Shown: piece after piece, positions 17,872 to 28,142 of the stretch
Layout of the letters: every line of letters starts with the position of its first letter
Numbering within the stretch: position 1 is the stretch's first letter
Assembly: GCA_963765205.1 (NCBI GenBank)
Contig: CAVXVB010000005.1
Coordinates: 64,001 to 128,000 of the forward strand
Direction of reading: 5' to 3'
Source of the DNA: an uncultured Verrucomicrobiae bacterium
GTDB lineage: Bacteria; Verrucomicrobiota; Verrucomicrobiia; Opitutales; JABDGR01
Length of the DNA stretch: 64,000 bases
Notes under the pieces: model-generated
What the model saw: the letters and a program-made list of their open reading frames with translations, nothing else
Told to the model about the DNA's origin: nothing
Databases searched by the model: none
Translations under genes and position numbers: made by a program

Positions 17872-20800
17872 TTAGTGGTAGTTGTGCGATGCCTGTTCTG
17901 GCATTCCGTCGCTGGGCATCGCTGCGATTTTTTCGGCCATGACGTGAATTACTCCTTGCTCGTTTTGCAGTCGTCCGCTGATGATGAGTGCGGGCACTAG
18001 GTTGATAATCAAGCGGGCTTGTTCAAAAAGGGTTGGCCGCACGATGGCGTTGGCGTGCCCGGTTTCATCTTCTACAGTAATGAAGCAGAAGCCTTTCGCG
18101 GTGCCCGGCCTTTGCCGGGTGATAACTGCGCCCCCGATCTTTACCCGGCTTCCGGGGGGCAAGTTTTTCAAATCGGCGGCGGGGCATAGTCCATCCAGGC
18201 GGGAGCGAAGCAATTTCATCGGATGCGCTCCGGTGGTGAGTTCGGTGGTCGCGTAGTCCGCTTGCAATCGCTCTAAAAGGGACATGCGCTCAAGCGGAGA
18301 GAGTTCTTGCTCCTCGCCGGTCGCCGCTTGTTGGAAAAGCTCGTCCTCGGGGTGCATGGACTCGACATGCCAAAGCGCGGCTCGGCGATGTCCGGTCAAC
18401 GCATTAAGGGCGCCTGATGCTGCGAGCACCCGGCGCTCGTTGGGGTTAAAGGTCGTGCGCTGCAAAAAATCGGTGAGAGAAAGAAAAGGCCGGTCGCTGC
18501 GAGCGGCCAGTAATTTTTGCCGGGACCCGGCCTTCACTCCTTTCAATGAAATCAATCCGAGCCGGATAGTGTCGTCGCTTTCGACCTGGCATTTTTCGGC
18601 GGAAAGCTGGACGCAAACCGGCAAGGTGCGGATGCCGTGTCGTCGGGCGTCCTGCACTAAAGACGCGGGCGAGTAAAACCCCATCGGCTGATTATTGAGC
18701 AACGCGGCATAGAAGGCCGTTGGCCGATGCACCTTTAGCCAAGCCAAGGCGTAGGCGATTAGCGCAAACGAAATGGCATGGCTTTCGGGAAAGCCGTAGA
18801 GCGCGAATGACGCAAGCGATTTTAGAATGTATTCCACGGCTGGGTCGTTCACGTTGTTCTTCCTCAAAGCGTCGCCTAGCTTTGCCTTCACCCGGTCAAG
18901 GCGCTCCTGCGAGCGGGTAAAACCGATGGCACGCCGCAATTCGTCGGCCTCGGCTGCGCTAAAGCCGCCAAGCTCCATCGCCAGCCGCAAGATTTGCTCC
19001 TGAAATAAAACCACCCCGAGTGTGCGCTCAAGAATGGGCTTGGCGCGTTCGTCAGGATAGGTGACAGGTTCCTCGCCGGAACGCCGCCGCAAGTAGGGAT
19101 TCACGGCGTCGCCCTGGATTGGGCCGGGCCGGATGATTGCCACTTCAATCGCAAGGTCATAGAAGTTTTGCGGTTTCATGCGCGGCAGCGTGGACATCTG
19201 AGCGCGGCTTTCAATTTGGAACAGCCCGATGGTGTCGGCCTCCTGAATCAATTTGAACGTGGCCGGGTCGTCTTTGGGCAGCGCCGCCAAGTCCACCGGC
19301 TGGCCCCGCTGGGCACAGATTTCCAAGGAGTCCTGCAATGCGGCCATCATACCCAGCCCGAGCAAGTCCACTTTGATGATGCCCATATCCTCGCAATCGT
19401 TTTTATCCCATTGCAAAACGGAACGGCCCGGCATCCTCGCGTTTTCCAAAGGGACAAATTGGTCGAGGTTGCCCGCGCTCAAAACCATCCCTCCCGAGTG
19501 TTGACCCAGGTGGCGCGGAAGTTTATAAACTTGTCGGCACGTATCGAGCAATGGCACAAGTTGCGGATAGTCCCGCGTGACTCCCGCCGCCCGCAACTGC
19601 TCCTTTAATTTCATTGTGTGGGGATAGTCGCCGCCATGAAAAAGGCTGGAAAAACGGTCAAGCACGTCGTCGGGCAAGTTGAACACCTTGCCCACTTCCC
19701 GCATGGTGCTGCGGCCCTGAAAGGTGATTACGTTGGCGGTCATGGCCGCGCCGCGCCGGCCATAACGCCGATAGACTTCCTGAATCACGGCCTCGCGTGG
19801 ATCGCCGCTGGGCAAATCGAGGTCAATGTCGGGCCAGTCCGTCCGGCCTTCCGAAAGAAACCGCTCAAAGAGCAACTTGCTGCCGATGGGGTCAACGGCG
19901 GTGATTCCAAGCGCATAGCAGACGGCGGAATTCGCGGCACTGCCCCGGCCCTGCACAAGGTAGCCGCGCTCACGGGCAAAGGCGCAAATGTCCCACACAA
20001 TGAGAAAATAGCCCGAAAACCCCAACTTGGTAATGAGGTTTAATTCGCGTTCTAGCTGCTTCCGCACGTCGCCTCCAACGCTGCCATAACGCTGTTGCGC
20101 TCCGAAATAGGTCATCTTGCGAAGAAAAGTATCCTGCGATTCCCCGGCTGGCGCGGCGAAGTCAGGAAACCGATAGCCCAAATTGGTGAGCGTGAATTGA
20201 ATCCGCTCCGCGAGTCTTTCCGTGTTGGTAATCGCCTCCGGCAAATCAGCAAACAAAGCCGCCATCGCTTGCGGGCTTTTAAGATGTCGCTCGCTGTTTT
20301 GTGCCAGTCGTCGTCCGGCTTCGGTGAGGGTGGTATGTTCCCGCAAACAGGTGAGAACGTCGGCAACATGGCGAGCCTGTGGCGTGGCATGGAGCACGCC
20401 GTTGGTCGCGAGCAACGGCACGCCTGACGCCTGCGCCCAATCAATCAGGAATTCATTCTCGGCTTCCTCCTCGGGAATCAAGTGACGTTGGATTTCAGCA
20501 TAGAGCCGATTGAATCCGAAAACTTTCAAAAGCTTTGCTCCTTCCACCGCTGCGGCCTCGGTTCCTTGTTCACGCCAAGCTCGCCGGACCGGGCCGTATT
20601 CATCGCCCGTCAGGGCGATCAATCCATCATGGTCTTCGGCCAATTCCTGCCAGGCAACGCGGCCTTCACCTTTGGGTGCTCGCAAATGCGCGGTCGTCAA
20701 TAGGTGGCACAATCGCCGATACCCGGTCTGAGTTTCCACCAATACGGGGATAACGCTTTCGTCCTCCATCGTGAGTTCGCAGCCGACAAGGGCGCGAACG

Positions 20801-20973
20801 CCCGCTTCTTTTCCTGCCATGTGTGCTCGCACGATGCCATAAACTCCGTCGCGGTCGCAAAGCGCAACGGCGGGCAATTCCTGGCGGGCAGCCTCAACCA
20901 TAAGCGATTCGGGAAGCGAGCCGCCGCGTAAGAAAGAGAACGCGCTTCGCGCATGGAGTTCCGCGTAGGCCAT
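17872..20973 (-). CDS. dnaE2: Error-prone DNA polymerase III alpha (DnaE2/ImuC)
   Basis: YAELHARSAFSFLRG PHP domain, GRGSAANS, PDIDLD, YGFPESHA, C-terminal SHNYH (variant of the SRDFH motif). TAATG-coupled to imuB. Confidence 0.95.
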   Translation of the reverse strand: MAYAELHARSAFSFLRGGSLPESLMVEAARQELPAVALCDRDGVYGIVRAHMAGKEAGVRALVGCELTMEDESVIPVLVETQTGYRRLCHLLTTAHLRAPKGEGRVAWQELAEDHDGLIALTGDEYGPVRRAWREQGTEAAAVEGAKLLKVFGFNRLYAEIQRHLIPEEEAENEFLIDWAQASGVPLLATNGVLHATPQARHVADVLTCLREHTTLTEAGRRLAQNSERHLKSPQAMAALFADLPEAITNTERLAERIQFTLTNLGYRFPDFAAPAGESQDTFLRKMTYFGAQQRYGSVGGDVRKQLERELNLITKLGFSGYFLIVWDICAFARERGYLVQGRGSAANSAVCYALGITAVDPIGSKLLFERFLSEGRTDWPDIDLDLPSGDPREAVIQEVYRRYGRRGAAMTANVITFQGRSTMREVGKVFNLPDDVLDRFSSLFHGGDYPHTMKLKEQLRAAGVTRDYPQLVPLLDTCRQVYKLPRHLGQHSGGMVLSAGNLDQFVPLENARMPGRSVLQWDKNDCEDMGIIKVDLLGLGMMAALQDSLEICAQRGQPVDLAALPKDDPATFKLIQEADTIGLFQIESRAQMSTLPRMKPQNFYDLAIEVAIIRPGPIQGDAVNPYLRRRSGEEPVTYPDERAKPILERTLGVVLFQEQILRLAMELGGFSAAEADELRRAIGFTRSQERLDRVKAKLGDALRKNNVNDPAVEYILKSLASFALYGFPESHAISFALIAYALAWLKVHRPTAFYAALLNNQPMGFYSPASLVQDARRHGIRTLPVCVQLSAEKCQVESDDTIRLGLISLKGVKAGSRQKLLAARSDRPFLSLTDFLQRTTFNPNERRVLAASGALNALTGHRRAALWHVESMHPEDELFQQAATGEEQELSPLERMSLLERLQADYATTELTTGAHPMKLLRSRLDGLCPAADLKNLPPGSRVKIGGAVITRQRPGTAKGFCFITVEDETGHANAIVRPTLFEQARLIINLVPALIISGRLQNEQGVIHVMAEKIAAMPSDGMPEQASHNYH

Positions 20974-22424
20974 TAGTCCAAGACTCCCTCCACGCGCCAG
21001 CCGTCGTCGGAGTGCGTGAGTTGATATACGCCGCCTTCGCTGAGTTCGACGTGCCAGGTTTCGACTGCCCAGGCTTTGGGCCTCCACCATTCGCCCGATA
21101 CACGCCATGGCCCCGCCACGGCGCAAATCGCGCCGCGAATTTGTGTGCTGTCAATCGTCGCGGGGCGCTCTCCGGCCAATTCTACATGAATGGGCCAAGG
21201 TGGGCGAAAGCGGCGCAACCGCAAACCGCGCGGCGGATGTATCGGCGGCTCGGCGGGTGCGGGCACAAGCTCGGTCGGTTTGACCAAAATAAAGGCATCG
21301 GGTTTGTGTGTGTCGGCGATAACCGGGGTGCCGACACGTCCTTCTCCAACAATCGCACTGACTCGCGCAAGATTTTCCCAAAAAGCGGCGGGGTCGCGCA
21401 AACCGGTGTCGAATAGACCGCCTTGTTTCTCCGGTGCGCGGATGGGCTTTGCAACCAAGCGCACTCGGGCAACTCGCGCAGCCGTCCGCACAGTTTCCAA
21501 GTGCGAATTCAAGACTCGCAACCACGAATCCAAATCCGTGTTTGCTTCCGGCAATCGAAAATTCCGGCGATAGTCGGTCTCGTCCTCAAGAAACAAAGTC
21601 ATGGTGAGTTCTTCGGCGACAAGCTGCGCGGCCCGCAACTCCAGGGTGATGCGTTCGGCAAAAGCCCGCAATCGAAAGAAAAGCGGCTCAATGGATTCGA
21701 CGGGTGGTTCGTATTCCCATTCGGCTTCAAACGTCTGTGACGGTTCAACGAGCCGGAGCACGCTTGTTGTTTCACCTGCGGCGCGTTCCCAAAGCGTCAC
21801 GCCTTCGGTGCCAAGTCGCTGTGCGATGTCCGCCTTGGATAACGCGGTCAGGTCGCCAAGCGTTCGGATACCCCAGCCGGAAAGAATTTCGGCTTGGGTT
21901 GGTGTCGGGGCGGCGAAAGTCAACGGCAACGGGGCGAGAAAATTTCTGGTGTCGGTGACGATCAACAATGGCTCGGCGCAATGGGCGGCAATGTTGGCGA
22001 GCAAAGGCGTCGCGGCTGCGCCGATGCGAGCGGGAAGACCCACCTTGGTGAGTTCCCGGATGCAAAGCCGCATTTGAGTTTCCGTTTTCACGGCGTCTGC
22101 ACCCTGCAAATCCACTGTGCAACACCCTCCGGCAGTAGTCTCGACGCGCGGCGAAAGGCTAAAGGAGGTGGCAATCAAGATGCGTTGTGCCTCGACTTCG
22201 GCGGTGGGGTCGCGCGGACGCAACACGATGCCTGGGCATTGCGCCATTGCCAAGGTGACTGCGAGGCCGGGCGTCACGCCTTTGGCTTCGGGTGATGTCT
22301 CGGCAATGGTCGCCTTACGGCCCTCGCCAGAGATCAACGCGGTGGCACGGCCTGCCAGCGTTGCGTCGTTCCGGCGCAAGGCGTGTAACCGGAAATCGGG
22401 AACCCAAAGAACGCAGAATTTCAT
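20973..22424 (-). CDS. imuB: Y-family polymerase-like ImuB
   Basis: GVTPGL.V..A.A.CP, clamp motif QGGLFD, RLRRF, GPWRVSGEWW. Located between imuA and dnaE2. Confidence 0.9.
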   Translation of the reverse strand: MKFCVLWVPDFRLHALRRNDATLAGRATALISGEGRKATIAETSPEAKGVTPGLAVTLAMAQCPGIVLRPRDPTAEVEAQRILIATSFSLSPRVETTAGGCCTVDLQGADAVKTETQMRLCIRELTKVGLPARIGAAATPLLANIAAHCAEPLLIVTDTRNFLAPLPLTFAAPTPTQAEILSGWGIRTLGDLTALSKADIAQRLGTEGVTLWERAAGETTSVLRLVEPSQTFEAEWEYEPPVESIEPLFFRLRAFAERITLELRAAQLVAEELTMTLFLEDETDYRRNFRLPEANTDLDSWLRVLNSHLETVRTAARVARVRLVAKPIRAPEKQGGLFDTGLRDPAAFWENLARVSAIVGEGRVGTPVIADTHKPDAFILVKPTELVPAPAEPPIHPPRGLRLRRFRPPWPIHVELAGERPATIDSTQIRGAICAVAGPWRVSGEWWRPKAWAVETWHVELSEGGVYQLTHSDDGWRVEGVLD

Positions 22425-23074
22425 ACGGCCCTTTCCATCGCTTCGCTGACATGGCCGCGCGCGATTTCAACGGTAAGGTTGGCAGCAAGCTGCTCTTGGG
22501 ACATGCGCTTCGTCGCAAGTCCGTGTGAAGTGGACAAAACCAGCCGCCAAGATACGGCGGGCACAAGGGGGCATGGGCTTAGCACGAGCACTGCCGGGGC
22601 CGCGTGTTCAATCACGCGATGCAAACGATGCCAGGTGGTGCCGGGCTGATTCCTGAGCACCTTCTCGGCAACCCCGCGCAAATCAATCACGACGGCGGCA
22701 TAGTTGCCGTCGCGCACTAGCACGTCACCTGATGCAAGTGCATCCGCGAAGGCACGGCAACGCACCCAAACAAGGTGCCGCAAGGCGTCGGGGGAAATCG
22801 CGTGGGGCGCGAAGCCGTCTGCTGCATCTATCAAGGCAATCCTTTGCCGGGCCGTGCGTGTGGTCTCAAGGAATCGGGCTAGGACAAGCTGCCCGCCGCT
22901 GCTTGGGGCCGTTGAAACCAACTCTGTGAGTTGGCTGGCGGGGAGGCCGTCGCCTAGCGCCTCGTCAATGGCCGGCACTCCGGTTGGCACGCCGACGCCC
23001 TGCCGCCGCGCTTTTTGGGGAAACCGGGCGGCCACAAGCGACCGCAACGCGGCCATGGTGGCGGGTGGTGACAT
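22421..23074 (-). CDS. imuA: RecA-like ImuA
   Basis: PTGVPAIDEALGDGLP..LTE, degenerate Walker A, ALIDAADGFAP. Upstream of imuB. Confidence 0.85.
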   Translation of the reverse strand: MSPPATMAALRSLVAARFPQKARRQGVGVPTGVPAIDEALGDGLPASQLTELVSTAPSSGGQLVLARFLETTRTARQRIALIDAADGFAPHAISPDALRHLVWVRCRAFADALASGDVLVRDGNYAAVVIDLRGVAEKVLRNQPGTTWHRLHRVIEHAAPAVLVLSPCPLVPAVSWRLVLSTSHGLATKRMSQEQLAANLTVEIARGHVSEAMERAV

Positions 23075-23131
23075 GGCTGCTGGCGTCTTGCATCGGTTTG
23101 AATGCGGGCGGACTGGCCCCATTCCGTCAAT

Positions 23132-23151
23132 AAGTGCTCAAATGAGCACTT
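23132..23151. promoter_or_regulatory. LexA-type SOS box upstream of imuA
   Basis: Inverted repeat AAGTGCTCA-AA-TGAGCACTT. The core TGCTC-N4-GAGCA resembles the Verrucomicrobia LexA motif TGTTC-N4-GAACA. Confidence 0.65.
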
Positions 23152-23368
23152 TTAGAATTCTTGGCAAGTCCCAAAAATGAAACCTCTATCGCGGGTCGGT
23201 CGTATCGCGTACAAGTTTGTCGAGGCGTATCTCCGAAACGTCTGAGGCTTTCTCTACTTTCCCGCCCTTTCAGATCGCCCCAAACCGATATACTACTCAC
23301 GAGTTGCTTCTATGGATTAGAAGATGCAACATCGACAACAAGTCGAAAAATGAAGCCAAAGGCATTAT

Positions 23369-25219
23369 ATGTGGTCAGATAACGAAACAAATAGGGATTT
23401 TCTGAATTTCAGAACAGTGGCCGACACTGCTGCTGAAATGATTCATCGAGCCAACGGGAAGCCTCTTTCGATGGGGATTTCTGGAGGGTGGGGGGTGGGA
23501 AAGTCATCCATGGTGAAGCTGATCCGAGAATCCCTTTCAGAGCGATTTGGTGAAAAATTTGTCTTTGTTGAATTTAACGCGTGGCTCTATCAAGGCTACG
23601 ATGATGCAAAAGCGGCGCTCTTGGAAGTGATCGCTGATAGTTTGTTGGAATATGGAGAAAAGCATCAGAAGGGCATCGATCAAGCTCTCGGGTTTTTAGC
23701 GAGAATAAATTGGGTGCGTGCTGCTGGGTTTACCGCGCGAGTCACCGCGGCGGTAAAAACTGCCGGTGTTTCCGAGGTCGCCATTCGGTCTGCAATGAAG
23801 GCAGCAAGTCATGGAGAAATCAGCCAGGAAGAAATTGAAACCGTTGAGAGTAAAGGAAAGGACATAGCTGATTCGGCTAAAGGACTTTTGCGCCCAAAGA
23901 AGACTGAAACACCCCCAAAGGCAATTCAAGGCTTGCGTGATCATTTTGCGAGTCTTCTTAAGGAAATGGATGTAACCTTGGTTGTTTTTGTGGATGATTT
24001 GGACAGATGTCTTCCTGATACGGCAATTTCGACGCTCGAAGCCATGCGGCTGTTTCTTTTTATGGATAGGACTGCGTTCGTCATCGCGGCGGACGAAAAG
24101 ATGATAAGACAGGCTGTCAAAGCGCATTTTAAAGAGACTGACTTAGACGATGAACTTGTTACGAATTATTTCGACAAATTGATTCAAGTTCCCATTCGAG
24201 TACCGCCACTCGGAACGCAGGAAGTCCGGGCATATTTATTCCTGCTGTTCATTGAAGATAGCAATATACCTCAACATATAAAGGACGAGGCCAGGAAAAG
24301 CATTTGCAAACAGCTTGGCGAGACCTGGCTCGGGAAAAGAGTAGAGCGAAATTTTGTCGCATCACTAATTCCGGGATGTCCGGCACAATTATTGTCTCAA
24401 TTTGAGTTGTGTGACAGAATTGCCCCACTGATGACTTCGGCACCACAGATTCGCGGGAATCCACGGTTGATAAAGCGTTTTTTGAATACTCTTTATATTC
24501 GTCTTTCGACCGCTTCGGCACAACAGGTTACAGTGGATGAAGCCGCACTTGCGAAGATGCTTCTTTTCGAGCGCTGCGGTAAGGAAGCCGCCCACGCGCG
24601 TCTTCTCAAATACATAAACGAACACGATGACGGAAAGCCTGCATTTTTGAAGCCGTGGGAAGAGGCGGCAACAAAGGGTGAAGAGATTCCATCATTGGCT
24701 CCTGAATGGAGTGGAGATTTTGAGCGAGACTGGCTGGCGTTGTCGCCAATGTTGAATGATTTAGATCTAAGAGCCGTGGTTTATGTGAGTCGAGAGCACA
24801 TGCCAATAATTACAAGGGCCGATCAGTTGTCCGTCGATGCGGCAAAGCTACTTGAAGCGTTGTTAACGCTTAAACACGCCGCCGCCGTTGAATTGGTTAC
24901 ACAATTGAAGAGCGTTGGTAAACGCGATTTGACAATTATGATGGAAAGGCTACTGGTTCGGGCCAAACAAGTCCACGAATGGGGCACTCCACCTATTCTG
25001 CACGCTTGTTTGGCTGTGGTTGCGGCAGAAGATAGCCTCGCGGATAACCTAACCCGTTTTCTTGCCCTACTTCCTCCAAGCCAAATTCGGACTCCAATCA
25101 TCCCACTTTTGAAAGATAAGCAATGGTCTCAAGGTTTACTCGTCGGTTGGTCTAACCATGCTGAAACACAGAGCACCGTGAAAAAGGCGATTGTGGCAGA
25201 ACAGAAGGGAGCACGGTAA
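23369..25219 (+). CDS. qatA: QatA KAP-family P-loop NTPase
   Basis: MWSDNET..DFLNF start, GGWGVGKSS, VFVDDLDRC, NPRLIKRFLN. First gene of a four-gene operon. Confidence 0.9.
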   Translation: MWSDNETNRDFLNFRTVADTAAEMIHRANGKPLSMGISGGWGVGKSSMVKLIRESLSERFGEKFVFVEFNAWLYQGYDDAKAALLEVIADSLLEYGEKHQKGIDQALGFLARINWVRAAGFTARVTAAVKTAGVSEVAIRSAMKAASHGEISQEEIETVESKGKDIADSAKGLLRPKKTETPPKAIQGLRDHFASLLKEMDVTLVVFVDDLDRCLPDTAISTLEAMRLFLFMDRTAFVIAADEKMIRQAVKAHFKETDLDDELVTNYFDKLIQVPIRVPPLGTQEVRAYLFLLFIEDSNIPQHIKDEARKSICKQLGETWLGKRVERNFVASLIPGCPAQLLSQFELCDRIAPLMTSAPQIRGNPRLIKRFLNTLYIRLSTASAQQVTVDEAALAKMLLFERCGKEAAHARLLKYINEHDDGKPAFLKPWEEAATKGEEIPSLAPEWSGDFERDWLALSPMLNDLDLRAVVYVSREHMPIITRADQLSVDAAKLLEALLTLKHAAAVELVTQLKSVGKRDLTIMMERLLVRAKQVHEWGTPPILHACLAVVAAEDSLADNLTRFLALLPPSQIRTPIIPLLKDKQWSQGLLVGWSNHAETQSTVKKAIVAEQKGAR

Positions 25220-26070
25220 TGGGCACTCAAAGATCAAGCGACGGTCCGGGTGGCGGGGTTCCCTTGATTCCTTCTTGGGTGCAACCGGTGAGTGTGCCGG
25301 CAGAACCGGTCGTTGTTCAACCTGGTGAAAGCAACGGCGATATGACGCCAGAACAAAGTCAGCCGCCCGGTCAGTCTCCCGTTGCATCTATTCTCGCTCC
25401 ACCTGCACGGTTTAAGGCTGCTCGAACAAGTCTCGGGAGATTTGCAAATTCCGGGTATCGTCAGGACCTAAAATCAGGACTTGGGCATTATGTTCGGACT
25501 GGATTGGGTGGCGCAGTCCAAGGAGCTAGACGAATGGGTGGAACTGCAAGTGTCGCGGGAAAACTTTATGGTGGCCTGGAAGGCTTCCGCGCAGGCGAAG
25601 CTCGCCCGGCTGAACTTGGTCTCGACAAAGCTGCATTATCAGGAAAGCCCGCTCGGGAGGTCGGCGACCGCATAATCGATTCAGTTTGCCCTGTGGATGG
25701 AAGTCAGGACACAGAAGCGCGGAGAGATTCGCTCTCCCGCTCAATATCGGAACTTGCCGAGCAGTTTCCGAACCTGGATTTAACTGCGCTAACTCCAGAA
25801 CAGATCGACCTTCTCTTGGAACGTTTCGTGGCTTTTGACCTCTGCCATAGAATCGAATTGGATGTTGGGAAAGCAATTTTCTCAAAAGCTGCAAACCCCG
25901 CAATTGCCGTAAAGCGGATAGAGGAAATGCGCCAATATGTCAGAGAAAAAATATCCGCATTCTTTCGCGCAAAGGGAAAGCAGGGGCAAGGTCTGACGCG
26001 AAGTGCCGCCGCCGTTCTTACGGCTGGAGTAATTCAGGACACCTTGGCAGTCTTTGAGGGCTACGTGTGA
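25219..26070 (+). CDS. qatB: QatB
   Basis: MGT..S.GP..G.PLIPSW N-terminus. Coupled between the KAP NTPase and the QueC-like gene. Confidence 0.85.
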   Translation: MGTQRSSDGPGGGVPLIPSWVQPVSVPAEPVVVQPGESNGDMTPEQSQPPGQSPVASILAPPARFKAARTSLGRFANSGYRQDLKSGLGHYVRTGLGGAVQGARRMGGTASVAGKLYGGLEGFRAGEARPAELGLDKAALSGKPAREVGDRIIDSVCPVDGSQDTEARRDSLSRSISELAEQFPNLDLTALTPEQIDLLLERFVAFDLCHRIELDVGKAIFSKAANPAIAVKRIEEMRQYVREKISAFFRAKGKQGQGLTRSAAAVLTAGVIQDTLAVFEGYV

Positions 26071-27347
26071 TGAAAATTATTTGCACTCCATCGAAGGTTG
26101 CGGTCAAAGAGTCTTTTGATCTGCAATACGTACTATTTGGTCGCCCAATGGTGCCCACGCTCGGCGCATCTGGGCCAACCCTTTTTAAGGATATAGAACG
26201 TTTTGGAGTTGGTCCTCCTGTTCGGGCTTGGGATTTACTCAGTATTGCTCTTGCGGTAGGAGCCGCTGATGAAGGTTGCCTTCGCAATGTTAGCAGTGAT
26301 GGGTGGACGCGGGAGATTGAGCTGCACGTTGCGGTTCAAGATGTGACTTTTTGGCGGACTCAAGGAGAGCTTTTGGAGAAAATGCTTCGCTTTCTTACGG
26401 GCGACATTTGGAACATCGAATTCTTAAAAGGGGGGAGTTCACCTCCAAAACCCAAAAAAAAGAAGCTGCGGTCTTCGCAAGAAGACTGTGTATGCCTTTT
26501 GTCGGGCGGTGCCGATAGTTTGGTTGGCGCAATTGACCTCGTCGCGAGTGGTAAACATCCGTTACTTGTGAGCCAAATTGCCAATGGTGACAAAGAGCAT
26601 CAGCGGGTCTTCGCCAATGGAATCGCTGGCCCTGATCATCATCTCCAGTTGAACCATAACATTACGGAGCCTGGCATTGCTGAACGGTCACAAAGAGCAC
26701 GTTCAATGCTTTTCATTGCCTACGGGGTCATTGGAGCAACCTGCCTTGAGCGTTATGTCAAAGGTGAACATATCAAATTATACATTCCTGAAAATGGTTT
26801 CATCAGTCTTAACATTCCCCTTACCCCGCTTCGTATGGGAAGCCTTAGCACGCGAACCACGCATCCATTTTATTTGACGATGTTCCAACAGATTTTAGGC
26901 GCTGCTGATCTAAGGGTTGGTTTTGACAATCCGTATAGATTGAAAACAAAGGGTGAATTGCTGCGGGAATGCAAAAACCAAAACCAGCTTAAACAATTTG
27001 TTTGTCAATCTACCAGTTGTGGTCGCTTCGCAAGAATGGGTTTTGTTCATTGTGGACGATGCGTGCCGTGTATCATACGGCGAGCTTCCCTTCATGCGTT
27101 TGGAATAATAGATTCTACGGAATATCGCTATGAGGATTTGTCAATTAATGATCAAGAACACCGAAATTTTGATGATGTTCGGTCAGCATGTTTCGCTGTG
27201 CGGCAAGTTGAACGGCGAGGATTGAATGAATGGATCGGCGGAGCACTTTCAACTACGCAATTGGGCGAAACAAACGACTTTAGGGAATTGCTGGACCGCG
27301 GAATTAATGAACTAAAGTCATTTCTTACTCATTCTGGTGCGCTATGA
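26067..27347 (+). CDS. qatC: QatC QueC-like protein
   Basis: LSGGADS PP-loop, PENGFISLN, STRTTHP, SCGR...HCGRCVPCIIRR zinc site. Confidence 0.9.
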   Translation: MMKIICTPSKVAVKESFDLQYVLFGRPMVPTLGASGPTLFKDIERFGVGPPVRAWDLLSIALAVGAADEGCLRNVSSDGWTREIELHVAVQDVTFWRTQGELLEKMLRFLTGDIWNIEFLKGGSSPPKPKKKKLRSSQEDCVCLLSGGADSLVGAIDLVASGKHPLLVSQIANGDKEHQRVFANGIAGPDHHLQLNHNITEPGIAERSQRARSMLFIAYGVIGATCLERYVKGEHIKLYIPENGFISLNIPLTPLRMGSLSTRTTHPFYLTMFQQILGAADLRVGFDNPYRLKTKGELLRECKNQNQLKQFVCQSTSCGRFARMGFVHCGRCVPCIIRRASLHAFGIIDSTEYRYEDLSINDQEHRNFDDVRSACFAVRQVERRGLNEWIGGALSTTQLGETNDFRELLDRGINELKSFLTHSGAL

Positions 27348-28090
27348 TCGATTTTCATTGCCATATTGACTTGTATCCTGACCCTGCGGCGCTGATTCGT
27401 GAAGTTGGCGCTGACGGCATTTATGTTTTAGCTGTTACAACTACTCCAAAATCTTGGAGTCATTTACAACAATTGATTTGTGGACACAAAAGAATTAAAG
27501 CCGCTATTGGCCTACATCCTGAGCTTGTGGCGGAGCGTTTTGACGAGGTCGAGGAAGTATGCTCTATTGCTAAAGAAACCCGCTACGTCGGTGAAATTGG
27601 ATTGGATGGTTCTCCGAGTCTTAAAGATTCGTTTGCCCTTCAAAAGCAGGTTTTTGAGAGAATTCTGGAACGTTGCTGCGAGTTGGGAGGTCGAATTTTG
27701 AGCGTACATTCAAAACGCGCGGCGACCGAGGTTTTGAATTCCCTAGAAGCTTTTCCTAAATCCGGGAAAACTGTTTTACATTGGTTTTCTGGCACAAGGA
27801 CGGAACTCGAACGAGCAATTAAAATGGATGCTTGGTTCTCGGTCGGCCCAGTAATGCTAAGGTCGGCGAAGGGGCGTCAATTGATAAGCGCAATGCCTCG
27901 GTCGAGGCTTTTGACCGAGTCGGATGGACCTTTCGCCAGAATAGGCGCAAGTCCAATTATGCCGAATAACATGGTTGAAGCAGAGAGGGATATTGCAAAA
28001 ATATGGAACACTTCACCTGAAGATGTAAGGTCTGAGATTCACGAGAATTTTAAAAGCCTCGTCACCGGTGTTGAGAATTTCCGTGACTAG
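27344..28090 (+). CDS. qatD: QatD TatD-family nuclease
   Basis: DFHCHID, GLHP, VGEIGLD, HWF, LTESDGP. Confidence 0.9.
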   Translation: MIDFHCHIDLYPDPAALIREVGADGIYVLAVTTTPKSWSHLQQLICGHKRIKAAIGLHPELVAERFDEVEEVCSIAKETRYVGEIGLDGSPSLKDSFALQKQVFERILERCCELGGRILSVHSKRAATEVLNSLEAFPKSGKTVLHWFSGTRTELERAIKMDAWFSVGPVMLRSAKGRQLISAMPRSRLLTESDGPFARIGASPIMPNNMVEAERDIAKIWNTSPEDVRSEIHENFKSLVTGVENFRD

Positions 28091-28142
28091 ATTTACAAGT
28101 GAATTGATTGGGATCACCGCGTGAGTCTAGCCATCCAGTAAA

